From Isurus oxyrinchus (taxonomy: Eukaryota): DNA of 64,000 nt. The notes beneath the pieces were generated by a model. It was not told the DNA's origin, made no database searches, and worked only from the letters and a program-made list of their open reading frames with translations. The DNA is taken from assembly GCA_026770705.1 (NCBI GenBank), contig JANJGN010000152.1, positions 186,001 through 250,000 of the forward strand. Reading direction: 5' to 3'. A program made the position numbers and the translations under genes. Positions 22,822 through 35,809 of this stretch are shown piece by piece (the first letter of the stretch is position 1; every line of letters starts with the position of its first letter).

Positions 22822-23350
22822 GGTCTCTATCCAGGATACGTGATATCGCTCCATCAATTTGGGCACCATGGCATGGAAATCCAGGAGAGTGTGAGAGATC
22901 AGAGTGTGGCTGATCTTTAACTCAGTATATTGGTAATTTCGTTAACATAGAACGGAATAGATCAGTGAATGACGCGCAGGTTCATGTTTACATTCCCCCA
23001 TAAGATAAGATGAATTATGTATTGTGGAGACTGGCCTTGTTCCTGGCTGTACCAGTTCACGAAAGGGCGAGAATCGTTTCTCTTCAAGATACTACTAGGT
23101 GTGAAATGACTTCCCCCTTCAGACGTAATTTTTGGGAAAGGCATCTTGGTTAAAACAGGCGCACGGGGAATGGATTTTTACTGGGGGAAAATAATTATAT
23201 TATTTCGTTGGACGGGGTCGTGAAAATCTTCATCCACATTCAACACGTGCAGTTTTTGAGACGATGGTCAATTAGATATCAAACAATCTCTCAGATCAAT
23301 AAGAGATCAAACTGTCTATATTTACTTGCCTGCCTCTCTGATCAGCAGAA
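22822..23350 (-). pseudogene. TCR V pseudogene (family of 17278) with degenerate 24-spacer RSS
   Basis: Exon from 23180 (..SEGGSHF..RPFVNWYSQEQGQSPQYIIH..); RSS caaattg + 24 bp + atagagacc at 22861-22822. Confidence 0.75.
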
Positions 23351-23397
23351 TGCGTCGTCAATGTCTCAGTTCTCTGAAAACAACAGATTTGTGGTTA

Positions 23398-23480
23398 CGG
23401 AAGTGACATCAGACCAATCAGGTCCAGTGATCTCAGCTCTTCCTATGGCATGTTCTGCAGGGTGCGACATCAGACCAGCA
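23398..23480. promoter_or_regulatory. V-promoter decamer/CCAAT region between divergent V relics
   Basis: GGAAGTGACATCAgaCCAATCA at ~23399-23420; AGTGACATCA is the conserved TCR V-promoter CRE decamer. Confidence 0.55.
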
Positions 23481-23562
23481 GTAGCCAGTGCTCTCAACTT
23501 TTTCTAGTTTGATATTCTGCGGGTTTATGACACACAAAGAGTCCCATGAACCCCGGAACAAC

Positions 23563-24628
23563 TGAAACGCGAATTTCCGTTCTCGCTGTGATCTGGGTGA
23601 CATCCGCTGTCGGCAAGAAATTTTAAATATTTTTTAATAAGGCTTCAGTTTCTGGAGGGATTAATTTGAAGAAAAAGAACAGGAATTCATGTTAATCAAG
23701 TGCCGGGCCTGCGTTAGAAAGCACATGAGTTATTGTGGGCAGATTTGGTATCTTTCTTGTAAGAATAATAAAGAGACAAAACGCAACGTAAAAATTAATC
23801 ATAATGACGATGTCAGAATTGAGAGATAACATTGCACAGACTGGGGCACATTCCTCTACTAAAGGGAAGACTGATTGGTAACCGGATAGAGCTCTTTAAC
23901 ATGACTAAATGGTTCATTGGGGAGATAAGTGGAACATGTATTCACTTGAGGAGGATTCCAAAATTATGGGTCATAAATAAGAGTCACAAAAAAGATCCAA
24001 ATGGGACTCCAGGAGAAACTTCTTTCTTCTTTAGAATATGGAACTCACTGCCACAAGGAGCAGATGAGCAAAATACACAAATACATTAAGGGGAAGCTGG
24101 ATAAACAGATGGTGGAAGAAATGACGGAGAGAATTGCTGATGTAATGAGATGAAGAGGGAGGGAGGGTGCTCATGGTGATTGTAAACAACGACATAGGGC
24201 AGTTGGGCAGAATGAGCTTTTGAACTATAAATTGTAAATAATTTTATGTCACACTTACTGTGAATTTTCACAGTCAGTTCTGTTCAGTTGAACTTTTAAC
24301 TGATGGTTTCCGCTTTCTTTAACCGTGTCTTCCAGATATAAGCGATGGAGATTCTGTTACTCAGGGGGAATCCTCGGTCACTCAGGCAGAGGGCAAAGAT
24401 GTCACTTTCACCCTCACCTATACTGACGATGCTGATTAGTTATTCCGGTACCAGCAGGACCCAGCAGTCCGGAGGCACAAGGGCGGTAGTTCTGAATTGA
24501 AAGCGGATTTCATTCAGAGCCGGTTTTTTGATACAGTCCACCAGTCAGACAAATTGTACCGATTAGCCATATCGGAGCTGCAGCTGCCTGACACCGCAGT
24601 CTATTACTGTGCGCAGAGTTGCACAGTG
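23563..24628 (+). pseudogene. TCR Vdelta-like pseudogene
   Basis: Degenerate leader near 23563-23612; exon from 24336 DGDSVTQGESSVTQAEG..D*LFRYQQ..ADFIQSRF..DTAVYYCAQS; heptamer cacagtg 24622-28, nonamer lost. Confidence 0.85.
23830..24235 (+). mobile_element. Old CR1 3' fragment in V intron
   Basis: ..RIWNSLPQ.. and 3'UTR-like gggcagaatgagc. Confidence 0.6.
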
Positions 24629-25049
24629 ATGGAACTGAGCGAAGTCCTCGGACTGCTGCAGCTTTCTGGGTCACAGCTGCTGTTTGCTGAGGGCTGCTTA
24701 TAACAGCGGGTCAGACATTGACACGTGAATCCATTCCGGTGCACGCAGACCCCGAGCACAATCTACATAAACACCATTTAAAATCACTCATATTGAATAC
24801 TGATTCCGTCTAGTTAGTGTGTTAATTTTGTGAAGTCAGAATTGGCTGTTGTTTGTTTGGGGATTCCTGGAAGCTCGCCACCTGGAACCAGATATGCCCC
24901 TGTACCGCTGTTATGGAAGAACCGAAGGCAAAGGAATAAATAATGTTTGATTTGAAATATTAGTCTATAGCGTAAACAAAGACCACTAGGAGAGAACTTT
25001 AACTTAAAAGCAATTTACGAATCTTAAAAGTAAGAACCCATAAAATAAA

Positions 25050-25885
25050 TAGGTTCTTATGTTAATCCATCTAGTATTACTACTACCTCCTCCTTCTCTA
25101 TCACTTTAAGAGCATCTTCGTATTTGGCAAAGGACGATACAAACTATTCGCTCAGTCCCTCAGCCCTCTGCCTCCATGCATAAATCCTTCTATTTTTATC
25201 CGAATTGACCATCTATTTTTACTATCCATTTCCAATGCCTAAAGATAACCTTTCGATTCCATTTTTTGTGAGCTGCCAGTCTATTCTCAGACTTAATGCT
25301 TGCTGTTCCTGTTTCTTGTTGTCATTTCCCCCTGAAATTTATGTATCCAGACTGGTTGTCCCTTCTATCATTAATGTGGCATTTTTCATGAGCACCTCTT
25401 TTCTGATTCATCTGACTTTTTGTTTTCTTCGTCATCCAACGGGATCTGGATATGTTAGTCTTACCATTACCCTTCAGGGGAATGCACCGTGATAGAACCT
25501 AAAGTACCTTCTTTTTAAAGACAGCCAATTGTTTCATTACAGTTTCCCCTTCCAAAGTTTGATTCTAATTTACTGGCACCAGATTCTTCACATTCCATTG
25601 ATATTGCCTTCCCGAAATTAATGGTGTTTACACTAGATTTCTCATTGCCCTTTTCCAGAACTAACATAATTTGAACGATTATATTATCATTGTCCCCGAA
25701 ATACTACACCCCCCCCCCCAACACTGACTTAATCCAGTTGACCCACCTTATTTCCAAGAAGCAGGTTCAGCAACGCCATCTTCCTCATGGAAGCGGAGAT
25801 AGACCGACTCGAAAATTGCCCTGAACACATTCTAGAAACTCTTTCCTCCTCTCTACCTTTTATATATTGCCAACCCCCGGGTGGC
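25050..25885 (-). mobile_element. CR1 ORF2 endonuclease-region fragment truncating a V
   Basis: Reverse complement resembles the CR1 APE/linker region (..EEFLECVQGNF..LGDNDNINR..). Confidence 0.6.
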
Positions 25886-25894
25886 TGTGCCATC

Positions 25895-26255
25895 TATATA
25901 GATGTTTTCTTTACTCAGACCAAGGACAGTGTGTAGCGTCCTATAGCCTCGGTCCCCTGATATATGTAGCTGATGAATGTCGGAGCCCCTGTGAGTGTCT
26001 GCCTGTACCAGGTTAAGCTGCTTCCAATATCAATGGAGAGCCGGCAGTCCAGTTCAACACATTATCCTTCTAGAGTCACCACGTGTTCTGAACTCCACTC
26101 CTCACACTAAAGGCTGCGAGCAAAGTAACATTGCTCCAGTGAAAGAGGATATAGGATTGACAAGTGGGGCATCTGATTAGAAAAGTAAACTCACAAAATG
26201 TTATTAGCATCAGGGCTGCAATTAGAAAAAGGTCTTTGTGGGCGGTTGTATTCAT
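25895..26255 (-). pseudogene. TCR V pseudogene, inverted, 3'-truncated
   Basis: Leader 26255-26195 (MNTTAHKDLFLIAALMLITF) GTGAGT; exon from 26113 ..VTLEG*CVELDCRLS..LTWYRQTLTGAPTFI..GRYTLSLV*. Confidence 0.85.
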
Positions 26256-26877
26256 GATGATGAAGGTGGGCAAAAGACGGATCGATAAGTGTCTGAATTC
26301 CAGACTGGGACTTGTTGCCGAGCCCAAGACTCTCAATGATGGGAGGAGACGACATCCTTATCGTATAGTGAATGAATGATGGGCGACATTCTAACCGATT
26401 GGCTTCTTGCGGGATGTGGTCATCAGATGTCATAGACTTGCCCTTGAGGATTGACTTTCTCAAAACAAAGAAAACTTGTTCTGTCGCAAGGATGGAATTT
26501 TCCTTTCTCTCTGAGTAGTGACGAATCTAATGGTTTGGGAGGACCTCTGTTTTATTTCAAACTCAAATTCTCACCACCGTCTTCGAATCACAGAATTCAA
26601 CAGCATAATTTGCTCTTCCCCACTCTCTGGCGCTAAGCATCAAAACCCTTTGTCCCTTAACTTTTAAAGGCATATTTGCTTCAAATTTCCCTCCCTTGTC
26701 CCTCCAGTTGATATTTACCATGGCGGCCATGTGGCCTCTAGTCACCGTGGTTTTATTGAATGAGATAAATGGAAATGACATTTATTGATTTTCCTTTCAC
26801 TTCAAAATCAAGGCAAATACTCCAGCCGGACGGTCTCGCTGGTGGCTTAGTGGAGCTGCATGTTTCTCCATTTTGGT

Positions 26878-27108
26878 GCCAATCAAGCGGGCTGCTTTGT
26901 ACTGGATGGTGTCAAGCTTCACGAGTGCTGTGGGAGCTGCACTCATCCAGGCAAATGGAGAGTGTTCCATCACACTCCTGACTTGTGCCCTGTAGATGAT
27001 GGACAGGCTTTGGGGAGTCAGGAGGTGAGTTATTCGTCGCAGGATTCCTAGCCTCTGACCTGCTCTTGTAGCCATGGTATTTATATGGCTGGTCCAGTTC
27101 ACTTTCTG
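26878..27108 (-). mobile_element. Non-LTR retrotransposon RT C-terminal fragment
   Basis: NWTSHINTMATRAGQRLGILRRITHLLTPQSLSIIYRAQVRSVME. Confidence 0.85.
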
Positions 27109-27239
27109 GGGCTTTCCTCTTTGTCAAGATTGGCTGGTCTCTCAGAGCTGCCTAAAGATATATACCAACCAGTGCTAGTTGTGGGTTAATTATTGATGTC
27201 TCCAGCCCAACCTTTTCCTTGCCTAGCTGTGTGAGTAAG

Positions 27240-27392
27240 ATTCTCTGTCTGTCTGTTTGTCTCTCACTCTCTCCGTCTCTATTGATGCTTCGGTGTCAAT
27301 CCATCTCTTCAACTCTTCCTCTTTCTCACTCTTTGACTCTATATTTGCAGCTCTCTCTCCCTCTCCTGTTCCCCCCGCCCCTCCCTCCCCCA

Positions 27393-27428
<36 letters not shown>

Positions 27429-27650
27429 CCTCTCTCTCTCTCTCTATCTCTCTTCTCTCACTCCCCATCTTTCTATTTGTCGTGCTGTCACCCATTTTAC
27501 TTATGCAGCTGTGTTTCCCTTGAAACTCTCTCTCAGCATTTTTCTTTCAATGCTTCTCCCTTTATATCTGTCTTACTCTCTGTTTAACTCGTAGTTTTTC
27601 TTTCCCCCTCACTCTCCCTTTCTCTCCACCCCATTCCCCGCCCTCTCTCT
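27240..27650. repeat. CT-rich microsatellite/low complexity
   Basis: (CT)n runs. Confidence 0.85.
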
Positions 27651-27682
27651 TCAGTGACATTTGAAGCATAAAATAACGGAAG

Positions 27683-28154
27683 TCGTTTTGGGTCCCTGTC
27701 AGCACTGCCACAGTCAATGAGCTCCATTACCAGTCAGAGCGGGAGGAGGTGAGGGGCACGGTTAAGTGAACATGATTGTGCACCAGTGAGATGTCTTTGA
27801 AAATGTAACTTGAAGCCTTAACAGAACACCCAAAAATTGGTTCCTGCAGAAACTGATTCTGTTATTCATTCAAAAATCTACAGGTCTCTACTAATACTAT
27901 GGGTTGAAGTATCCGAATTTGACCGTAACTTAAAGTGATTGAGAAACTACACTTCTCATTATCCTGAAGTTGGTGATTTAATCAGAGGACTGCTTTCAGA
28001 TCAGGATGGATTTCTCCTTTATTTTCTATGTAAATTCCCCGGTACTCTTCTGTTGGGTAATTATGCAATAATGGGGGAATATTGTGGGGGAGCCGCAATA
28101 TTGCAGACCAGTGATCAGAGCAATAACCAAAAATTGGTAGAACTCCACCTCCAT
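27683..28154 (-). pseudogene. Possible highly decayed V relic
   Basis: Leader-like MEVEFYQFLVIALITGLQYC at 28154, acceptor ttctgcag near 27845, RSS-like ctcattg + 23 bp + ccaaaacga; CTCF-like motif at 28312-25 upstream. Confidence 0.4.
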
Positions 28155-29679
28155 GGTGCCAGCCTGAGCTCCAGAATCAGAATCTTTAATCACCGAGGGA
28201 AAAAGGAAACTTAAACATCGCCAGGATCTCAACTGTTAAGCGGGAATTTACATCTCGTCGAGCAACCACTCCATTTAGCTGGGATCTTGAACATCATCAA
28301 GGGATCAGAGAGCGCCTTCCACTGGAGAGCACCTGCCTCACCGAGAATTTTGGAATTCCGCACAGATTCATATAGATAAACACATATTTACACACACGCG
28401 TGCACAGAGAGATAGCCACAGTAGGTCACCAAACAAGAGGTTGCTGTTGTTTTAATTAGTTAAAGTGCAGAAACCGTGGAATAGCAATTTACCTCACATC
28501 ATCACTGGAGGCTTATTCGTGATTTTGGTGTTATCACTGCCGCAGACCAATTTCAAAGTCAAGAGGTACTGGCAGACGAGGGAGCCGTTTGTCCCATCTT
28601 AATTTGTCCTTCCAGACATCCTGACATCCCTACAATTCTGGTTAGTTATTACTAAGGATATTCCATGTGTTCGGACTGTGTCTCTTTGTGCGAAGACCTG
28701 TTCAACCAGCGTTCACTCTCTGTCCGATCAACAACCATTTGGTAATAGTCCGGAAATGCTGTTTTCGTTTTTCCTCTCAACCCAAACACTTCAAACTGAA
28801 GAATCAGCCTCCTGTGTCACCCCTGAACTCCTGCCAAGCTTCAATCACCTTATTCGTGCTTGGCAGCGAGAACTAGAGACAATGCTCATGGAGTATGGTT
28901 CGGCTACAATTTTCTATGTTTCATTTAGGACATCTTCTGACTTGTGTCCTTGTTGGCTCGATGTTAAACATCCCATTGGTGTTGTTCACTTCTCTACTGA
29001 ATTCACTACCCACATGGGAGATGATTTCAGTGGGATGCACCAAACAAGGCGGGCGACATTTTTGAGGTGTCACGTAGGGAGGTCCAGACATTGGAGGGTT
29101 CGCTTACAGATGAACAATAAGAACCAGAATTACCATCGACGCCCGAATGTCGAGGATGTATGTTTTCATTGTTAATTAAACATCATTTTTATCATTTGCT
29201 CGCACTTCAAATGAAATCGATAAAAATGCAATATTTACAAAATTTGCAACCATGTTCAGCTAAGTGCCTCATGTAGCAGCTGCCCCCTTCATTGTAAAGT
29301 AAATTTTTAAAATAGAACATTTCAGGAACTGATATCGATAAACATATTTACCAGTTTACAACCAAAGGTGGCGCGTCTGCCCAACTCGGTATATTCATAC
29401 AGATAGAGGAGAGAAAGGGCAATCAGTGACCGTCAGGAGAACAAATGTGGTAATGGTCCAAAGTACAACCAAAAATTTCTGTCTCTCTCATACAAAAAAA
29501 AACACAAAATGTGAAGTAGATGAAATGAGAAAGGAAATAAGAATGAAATATTAATTTAAAGATTTAAAGTATTCATCTAAAGTAAAGGACGAGAAATAAT
29601 TCAGGATTCAGGTGCTGGAAGTGGGGAACAAGCTGCTGATTGCCTTAAAGAGCTAAATAATCTGAAGCTGTAAACAGGG

Positions 29680-30270
29680 ATGCAGAATGTAAAACACAAG
29701 AAGACAAGGGTAAAGCTGCACATATTATTGGTGAGAACACAATTCAAATACTTGGATCAGCTTTAGAAATCTTCTTTTGCTTGCTGTTAACCTCAAAGTC
29801 AGAGTGTGGAACAGACAGAGAAAGATGAAGCAGAGGAGAGCAGAAGGTGATAATCCAAATACCTGAGCAACTTTTCACTATGACAGGTAATATTAAGAAG
29901 TGGTCCGACATAACTGTATCCAATCAAGGAAGGTTTCAAAAGGTTAAAAAGAAATAGAGTTCATCCAACTGTTCACTCAATAGTCGGTCGATGGCGTAAT
30001 TTATCGCCATTATAACGGAAAATGTTTTTCTATTTTGAGCAGTGGACTGATAGAGGATATGATGGTTCATGAGAAATGGCGACTGAGGCAGAATTTATAA
30101 GTAATATATAAAGACAAATGAATAAATATTTGACCAGTAAAAGGAAATTTACAAAGACAAATATGCAGACCCCAGGCAGATAATTAAGAATAAATGGATA
30201 AGTCTTTCAGAGAGCCAGCACATAGTGGGCCAAAGTGCCTCTCTTTGTGCTTTATAACTCTATGATTCTA
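29680..30270 (+). mobile_element. Old CR1 3' fragment
   Basis: Degenerate ORF2 C-terminus and tail gggccaaagtgcctctctttgtgctttataactctatgattcta. Confidence 0.6.
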
Positions 30271-30605
30271 ATATGGTGAAAGGCTCTTTTCAGTTTGAAA
30301 GACAAGAGAGAACAAATCTAATGAAATGATTTAACCCGTTGATACACCGGAAGCAGAGAACTTCATGAGCGGTGACAGTTCAAGAAACCACAAATCGTTC
30401 AGTGGCACCGTAGGAAACGTCAGATAATGACATCTCATAACAGCCCAATTGGTGAGAATGTAGCCCATCAGTTTCCCACTCTACAAGGAGAATGTGAAGC
30501 TCTCCCCTCTCTTCCTCCACACCATTGAGAATCCTGGACTCGGCAGCAAACCTCAGTCTGGAAATCAGACTCTGATTGATCCTCCTTTGGTCCATCTTCA
30601 TCGTC

Positions 30606-31040
30606 ATGAACAGAAAACCCCACAAATACCTGTTTCCAGTTGGAGCCCTGTTGCTGTTGCTATTGTGTGAGTTTATTTATCTCATCAGAGGTATTATTTT
30701 AACAATCTCTTATTACCGTGTGGTAGTTGAGTGACCTCGTTTTGTTCACTGCCGTTCAGTGTGAAGATCAGAGCTCCCACCCTGAGCAGGTGCTGTCTCG
30801 GGAAGGGGAACGGATTGAATAGGATTATCAGCTCTCGGTTGAATTTGGTTATTCCATAGCCTGGTACAGACAAACACCGACAGGGGCTGCGAAACGTATC
30901 GCCTCCATTCACCAGGGGAATATGGCTTAAGGACGTTACATATTTTCCTTTGACCGAGCGAAGACGCTCATTATCTTGTCTATAGGTAACACTGAGGTCC
31001 AGGGCGTCAGAGTTTATCATTGTGCAACAGGGACACAGTG
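30606..31040 (+). pseudogene. TCR V pseudogene (inverted paralog of 26255)
   Basis: Leader 30606-30666 (MNRKPHKYLFPVGALLLLLL) GTGAGT; ..REGERIE*DY..IAWYRQTPTGA..*GRYIFSFD..VYHCATG; heptamer cacagtg 31034-40, nonamer lost. Confidence 0.85.
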
Positions 31041-31455
31041 AGGCAAAGGCGGATTCTGCTGTCCAATCTCTCTTGTTAACCGCTGTGTGTCAGCTGCACC
31101 GTTAACCTTTCCCCAAGCCAGGGCCTTTAGAAAGGCTGGTGATATTCAGAAATGTTACGTCCCCATATACAAACTTAAAGTTACAACATCCTTTAGCTGG
31201 CGTTACAGATGCAGATATCGAGACATATTAAGTAAAATTTTCTGAGTGGTTGTTCAACAAACAAGATGTAGAGTTGGACAGAAAAACAACTCTCGTTCTC
31301 AGATACTTAGATAGAGGTGCGAGAGAAAGATCGATAAACAAGGGAATAAGAATATAGACAGACAGACAGCTGGATGGGTAGATAGATAGATAGACAGAAA
31401 GAGATTCAGAGGGTCAAGCCGAAAGGCAGACGAATAGATTGATAGATAGGTGGAT

Positions 31456-31619
31456 NNNNNNNNNNNNNNNNNNNNNNNNNNNNNNNNNNNNNNNNNNNNN
31501 NNNNNNNNNNNNNNNNNNNNNNNNNNNNNNNNNNNNNNNNNNNNNNNNNNNNNNNNNNNNNNNNNNNNNNNNNNNNNNNNNNNNNNNNNNNNNNNNNNNN
31601 NNNNNNNNNNNNNNNNNNN
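31456..31619. other. Assembly gap
   Basis: Run of N. Confidence 1.
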
Positions 31620-31699
31620 CCGAAGTCCACAGGCACTTTATTTAATTCTGCTTTCATATATCATGAAATTAATTTGATTCTTGGTTTGGAAGCTGCTCT

Positions 31700-31973
31700 T
31701 TGTCCCTCGGAGACATTTTAGATATCGATGTATCGGAGAACTTTCGGGCTAGAACTCGTATTCTGATACTGGCAATTCTCCAATTAAGCTCCCGAGTATC
31801 TTATCTTCACATACAGAGATGGAAGAGTTGGGAGAAGGTTTAAAGTATCTGTGATCCGTGAGATCGTCTCCACCGCTGTCACTGTTAACACGGTTCAGCT
31901 GTCAGGCCCTACCACATGTTAGAGAGCAGTGAGTCATCGTGAAACGCAGAGCCAAGGAGCATATATGAAAACT
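31700..31973 (+). pseudogene. Terminal V relic
   Basis: ELVF*YWQFSN*APEYLIF..RRFKVSV..VNTVQLS; RSS catcgtg + 23 bp + atgaaaact (31935-31973). Confidence 0.65.
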
Positions 31974-34164
31974 TACTGGGCATGGAGACTGAGGAGACAA
32001 CAAGTTACGGGCTTCAGAAGTGAGAGAGACAGAAATAAAAGTCTTTAGAAATGTAATTTAGATATGCAAATACATCATCTGTGTAAGTTGATAAAACAAA
32101 ATATTATTTCGAATTATTTAGAAGTTGCAAGTTCATTTATTTCACAATTTCGCGCATAATCGACGTTCTTCGAACCAGACTCTCTCTGCCTTTCATTTGT
32201 GCTGGAGTTGCACTAGGAGTATGGTACAGTCTAGAGGGAGATTCGCCCTGTAGTTGATCCCTGTTCTATCTGCCCTGTAATTGTTTGTGGGACAGTGCAG
32301 AGTACTGACTCGGAATAACAGTGGTTGAGCAGTGTAGAAGGAGATTTTTGTATCATAACTGTTTAATACCTGTCCTGACAATGATTCATAGAGTTGTGTA
32401 GAGGGAGAATTTATCGGTTGAGTAACCAATGATGATCCTGAGTGATATGCTAGGTTGGTGAGCAGCACTGACACAGGAACATAGATACACACACATACAC
32501 AAACACAGAAATAGCAAAATACCTATCACACGTGATTGATGGATCTATTCAATTTTGATTTGTGACCGCCTTTGATCCTTAAGGAATTGGGAAGCGCTTT
32601 TTTTACGAAATTGCAAATAATATAATCGTGGAAATATATAATATAAATATAATGGTGGAATTATTAATGTGAATGCAAATGAGCATATATTGTGTTAATT
32701 GATTTAGCACACGAGAGAACTGAGACAATTAATTTCACTATTTGTGCAAAAGAGCAATAGCAGCGAATGGAAAAGATTAAGGAGGGAAGCTATACTAATA
32801 CTAAAATCAAAATAATAGCATTCATTGCAACCTCACGTAATAATGATTCAGCAAAATCATGCTGCAATATTTGGGTCGAAATTCAGTCATTGCTTTCCGC
32901 AAGTTTCCACTGGAAGGCACTCCAACACTTCAGCTTTGGCCAAAACTTACAAACCGTCAGTTTACTGGTGCCATGGACATAACAGGAAATACTTCTGTTC
33001 CGTAACACTTCACTTCATACAAAGGTACATTCAGGGCAAGAACTTATACGTAATTTGCAGGTGTTGTGGCAAAGGAGGTTTAGACAGTGAGCTCTGGGAA
33101 TCATTGCATTTCATGGTCCAATGGCACCGGGTAGTCTGAAGAAAAGGACTCACAAACCCTTCATTCAGATTGGTTTCTCAATGATTCATAAACAGATTTA
33201 AGACATTCTGATCATTTTGTACCTTAATTAAATTTTTATTATTGGGTACGAATCGAAGTTTTCCAGGAACTACCACCATTCCTTTATTCCCGATAATCTC
33301 AGATTGACAAAACCTCCTGACAAATAATTGTACATTCCCGCCTTCCTCTGTGTAAATAACATTCCCTGCATTACAATATCGACTATACTTGAAAACAAAT
33401 TCAGCCTTGTCGCTTTCTGAAATCCTGAGGACGTAATATATGGTGGAGAAGTTGGGGTGAGTCTTTTAACAATCTCTGAGAGGGAAGTGGGATTGGTCCC
33501 TCGTTGTGAGCACTGTTTAGGGACAAAACGTGTTGTATGAAAGTATAATCATTCGTGCTTGTATTGTGCTCTACCAATTCCCTGTGTGTACGTGTGTGTG
33601 TGTGTATGTGTTTATGTGCGTGTGTGAAAATAAACCATGTACGTATGTGTTGCATTATGCATGTTGCATATTTCGTATGTAGAGTACATGTGTGTATAAA
33701 GCACAAAGCACATCATTGTGAATGATGCTGGTAATATCGCATTAGACCCTGACCCTGCCTTATTTCATACCATGCAAGACAATGCCTTTGTTAACGTCAC
33801 ACAAGATCCGTTTTCAATTATTATTGTACTTGAGTGTGTCTCTGTTTACGTAATGCAAGTCCCTGTCTCAGTTCTCTATGAAATAGAAAATGTCCCCTTT
33901 TATATGATATTAGTTTCCGTATCTGTTATTGGCTTATTAGGTCTTGCCTCTATTACATTACATCACCACGTTTTGTGAGATTAGATCTTATTCTGTGATT
34001 AGGTGAGGACACATTTTGGCTCCGTTCATGTTACACTAGACTGCTGTTTAGTTCCTGTCACTCTAGGCTGTACCATGTCACTCTTTATAGTAGACCTGAC
34101 TATCTCGTTGACATTCTGTGTTTCAAACCTCACACACCCGTCCACACTCTCTCGCCAAACATAT

Positions 34165-34545
34165 AACAATGCGACTATAGGACTTCGAAACAGGAGTAGG
34201 CCATTCAACTCTTAGAGCCTAATCTACCATTCTGTACATTCATGGATTATCTGCTTGTCGTCTCAACTCCACGTTTCCGTCTGCTACTTAACTTCATTGT
34301 CCATCAAAAATCCGTCTAACTCTTGGTATTGGCACAATATAATTCATCCTTGTGTACATTTATTGCTCACCCTCCACTGCTTTCTGGGAAAGAGAATTTC
34401 ACATACCAACGACTCACTGAGAGAAAAACAAATCACCTCATCTCCGTGTTAAAGGCAAGCCTCTTATTCTTACAATGTGCTCCTCCTTCTGGTCACTCCC
34501 ATAAGTTGAAACATCCTCCCGGTATCCACCCTGTCAAGACCCACC
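34165..34545 (-). mobile_element. CR1 3' fragment
   Basis: ggagtaggccattc..tcacctcatctccgtgttaaa is the reverse complement of the CR1 3' end. Confidence 0.75.
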
Positions 34546-35809
34546 GCCACCCCCCTCCCACCCTCCCATCCCCATCCCCCACTCCCCCGCCCCACCACCA
34601 CCACCAACCCCCCCACCCCCCGCCCGGCCACCCTCCGCCTCAGGTTCCTATACATTGCAATAACTTCATCTCTCATTCTTGTTATATCCACTGGCTACTG
34701 ATCCAAACTATCAAAGATTTCTTCATTAGATAAGCCCCTCATCCCAAACAACGATGGACTGATGGATAGTTTTGAGTGATAAGAATGAGATTAAGGACCT
34801 GCCGCTGCACAAATTTGCTTTAACGTTTCTCAGAAAGAGAAAGACTGTTCGGGTGGCCTGAGATCGCTGTTTACATCTGTAAGGTAAAGGAGCAGATCAG
34901 TTGGTCTCTGCGTGTATGCCGGGTTTCTGAAAGAACAACCCAGCTACTTATTGTTACTTGCTCTTAACAAAATTCCCCCTAGTATTTATTAAATTAATTT
35001 TTGAAACCTACAATTCAACGTGCGTCCAGCTCGCATTCAGGCTGCAGAATCCAAGTCACAATTCACTGCTTAAAAAAACACTTCCCATCCCATCACATAC
35101 TCTGTTTTAAGTGTAAAGGGTAATATGAGTGGAAATTGTCTCCGTGAAGTGCGAGAAAGAAAGAAAGATGAAATAATGAAAAAAGTGAAAGAAAGAATGA
35201 ATGAAAGTAAAACAGAATAAAAGGGTGGACGAAAGGCAGGAAGAAAGATGGAAAGAAGCGACCTCAGGATTTCCCAAACTACTTTGCCGCCAATTAAGCC
35301 TTCCCCCAGTGTAATGTGGGAAACACGTCAGCAAATGTGCACAGAGCAAGCTTCCACAAACGTAATTGGAAAAATCATCAGATCGCCAGTTAAAGTCATG
35401 TTAAATGAGGGACAATTATTGTAACAACCCGGGTAAGCTTTTCCTGCTCATTTTTGAAATTGCGACCGTGGGGTATTGACGTTCCACCTGTGAGGGCAGA
35501 TACTCAGCGTGGCTTAGTACCACATCCAGAAAAGTAGAAAATGCGATAGTTCAACCTTCATTTAGTGCCACAGGCGTACTTTCAGCACTGGAGTATGGAC
35601 CTGACATCTCTCAAGTAAGGGAGCTACAGCTCAGGATATTCATGTTTTGGAGAAAGAGGGCGACAGAGAGAGGGAGGGGGTGGTGAGCGAGGGGGAGAGA
35701 TAGAGAGAGAGAGGGGGAGAGAGAGACAGAGGGAGAGAGAGGAAGAGAAAAGGTGTGTGGGTGGGATATGGAGCGCTGCTACAAACTGAACCACTGTGAT
35801 GCAAGTGAA

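Noticed and set aside
28678-29175. 165-aa ORF
   Set aside because: No recognisable domain or splice structure.
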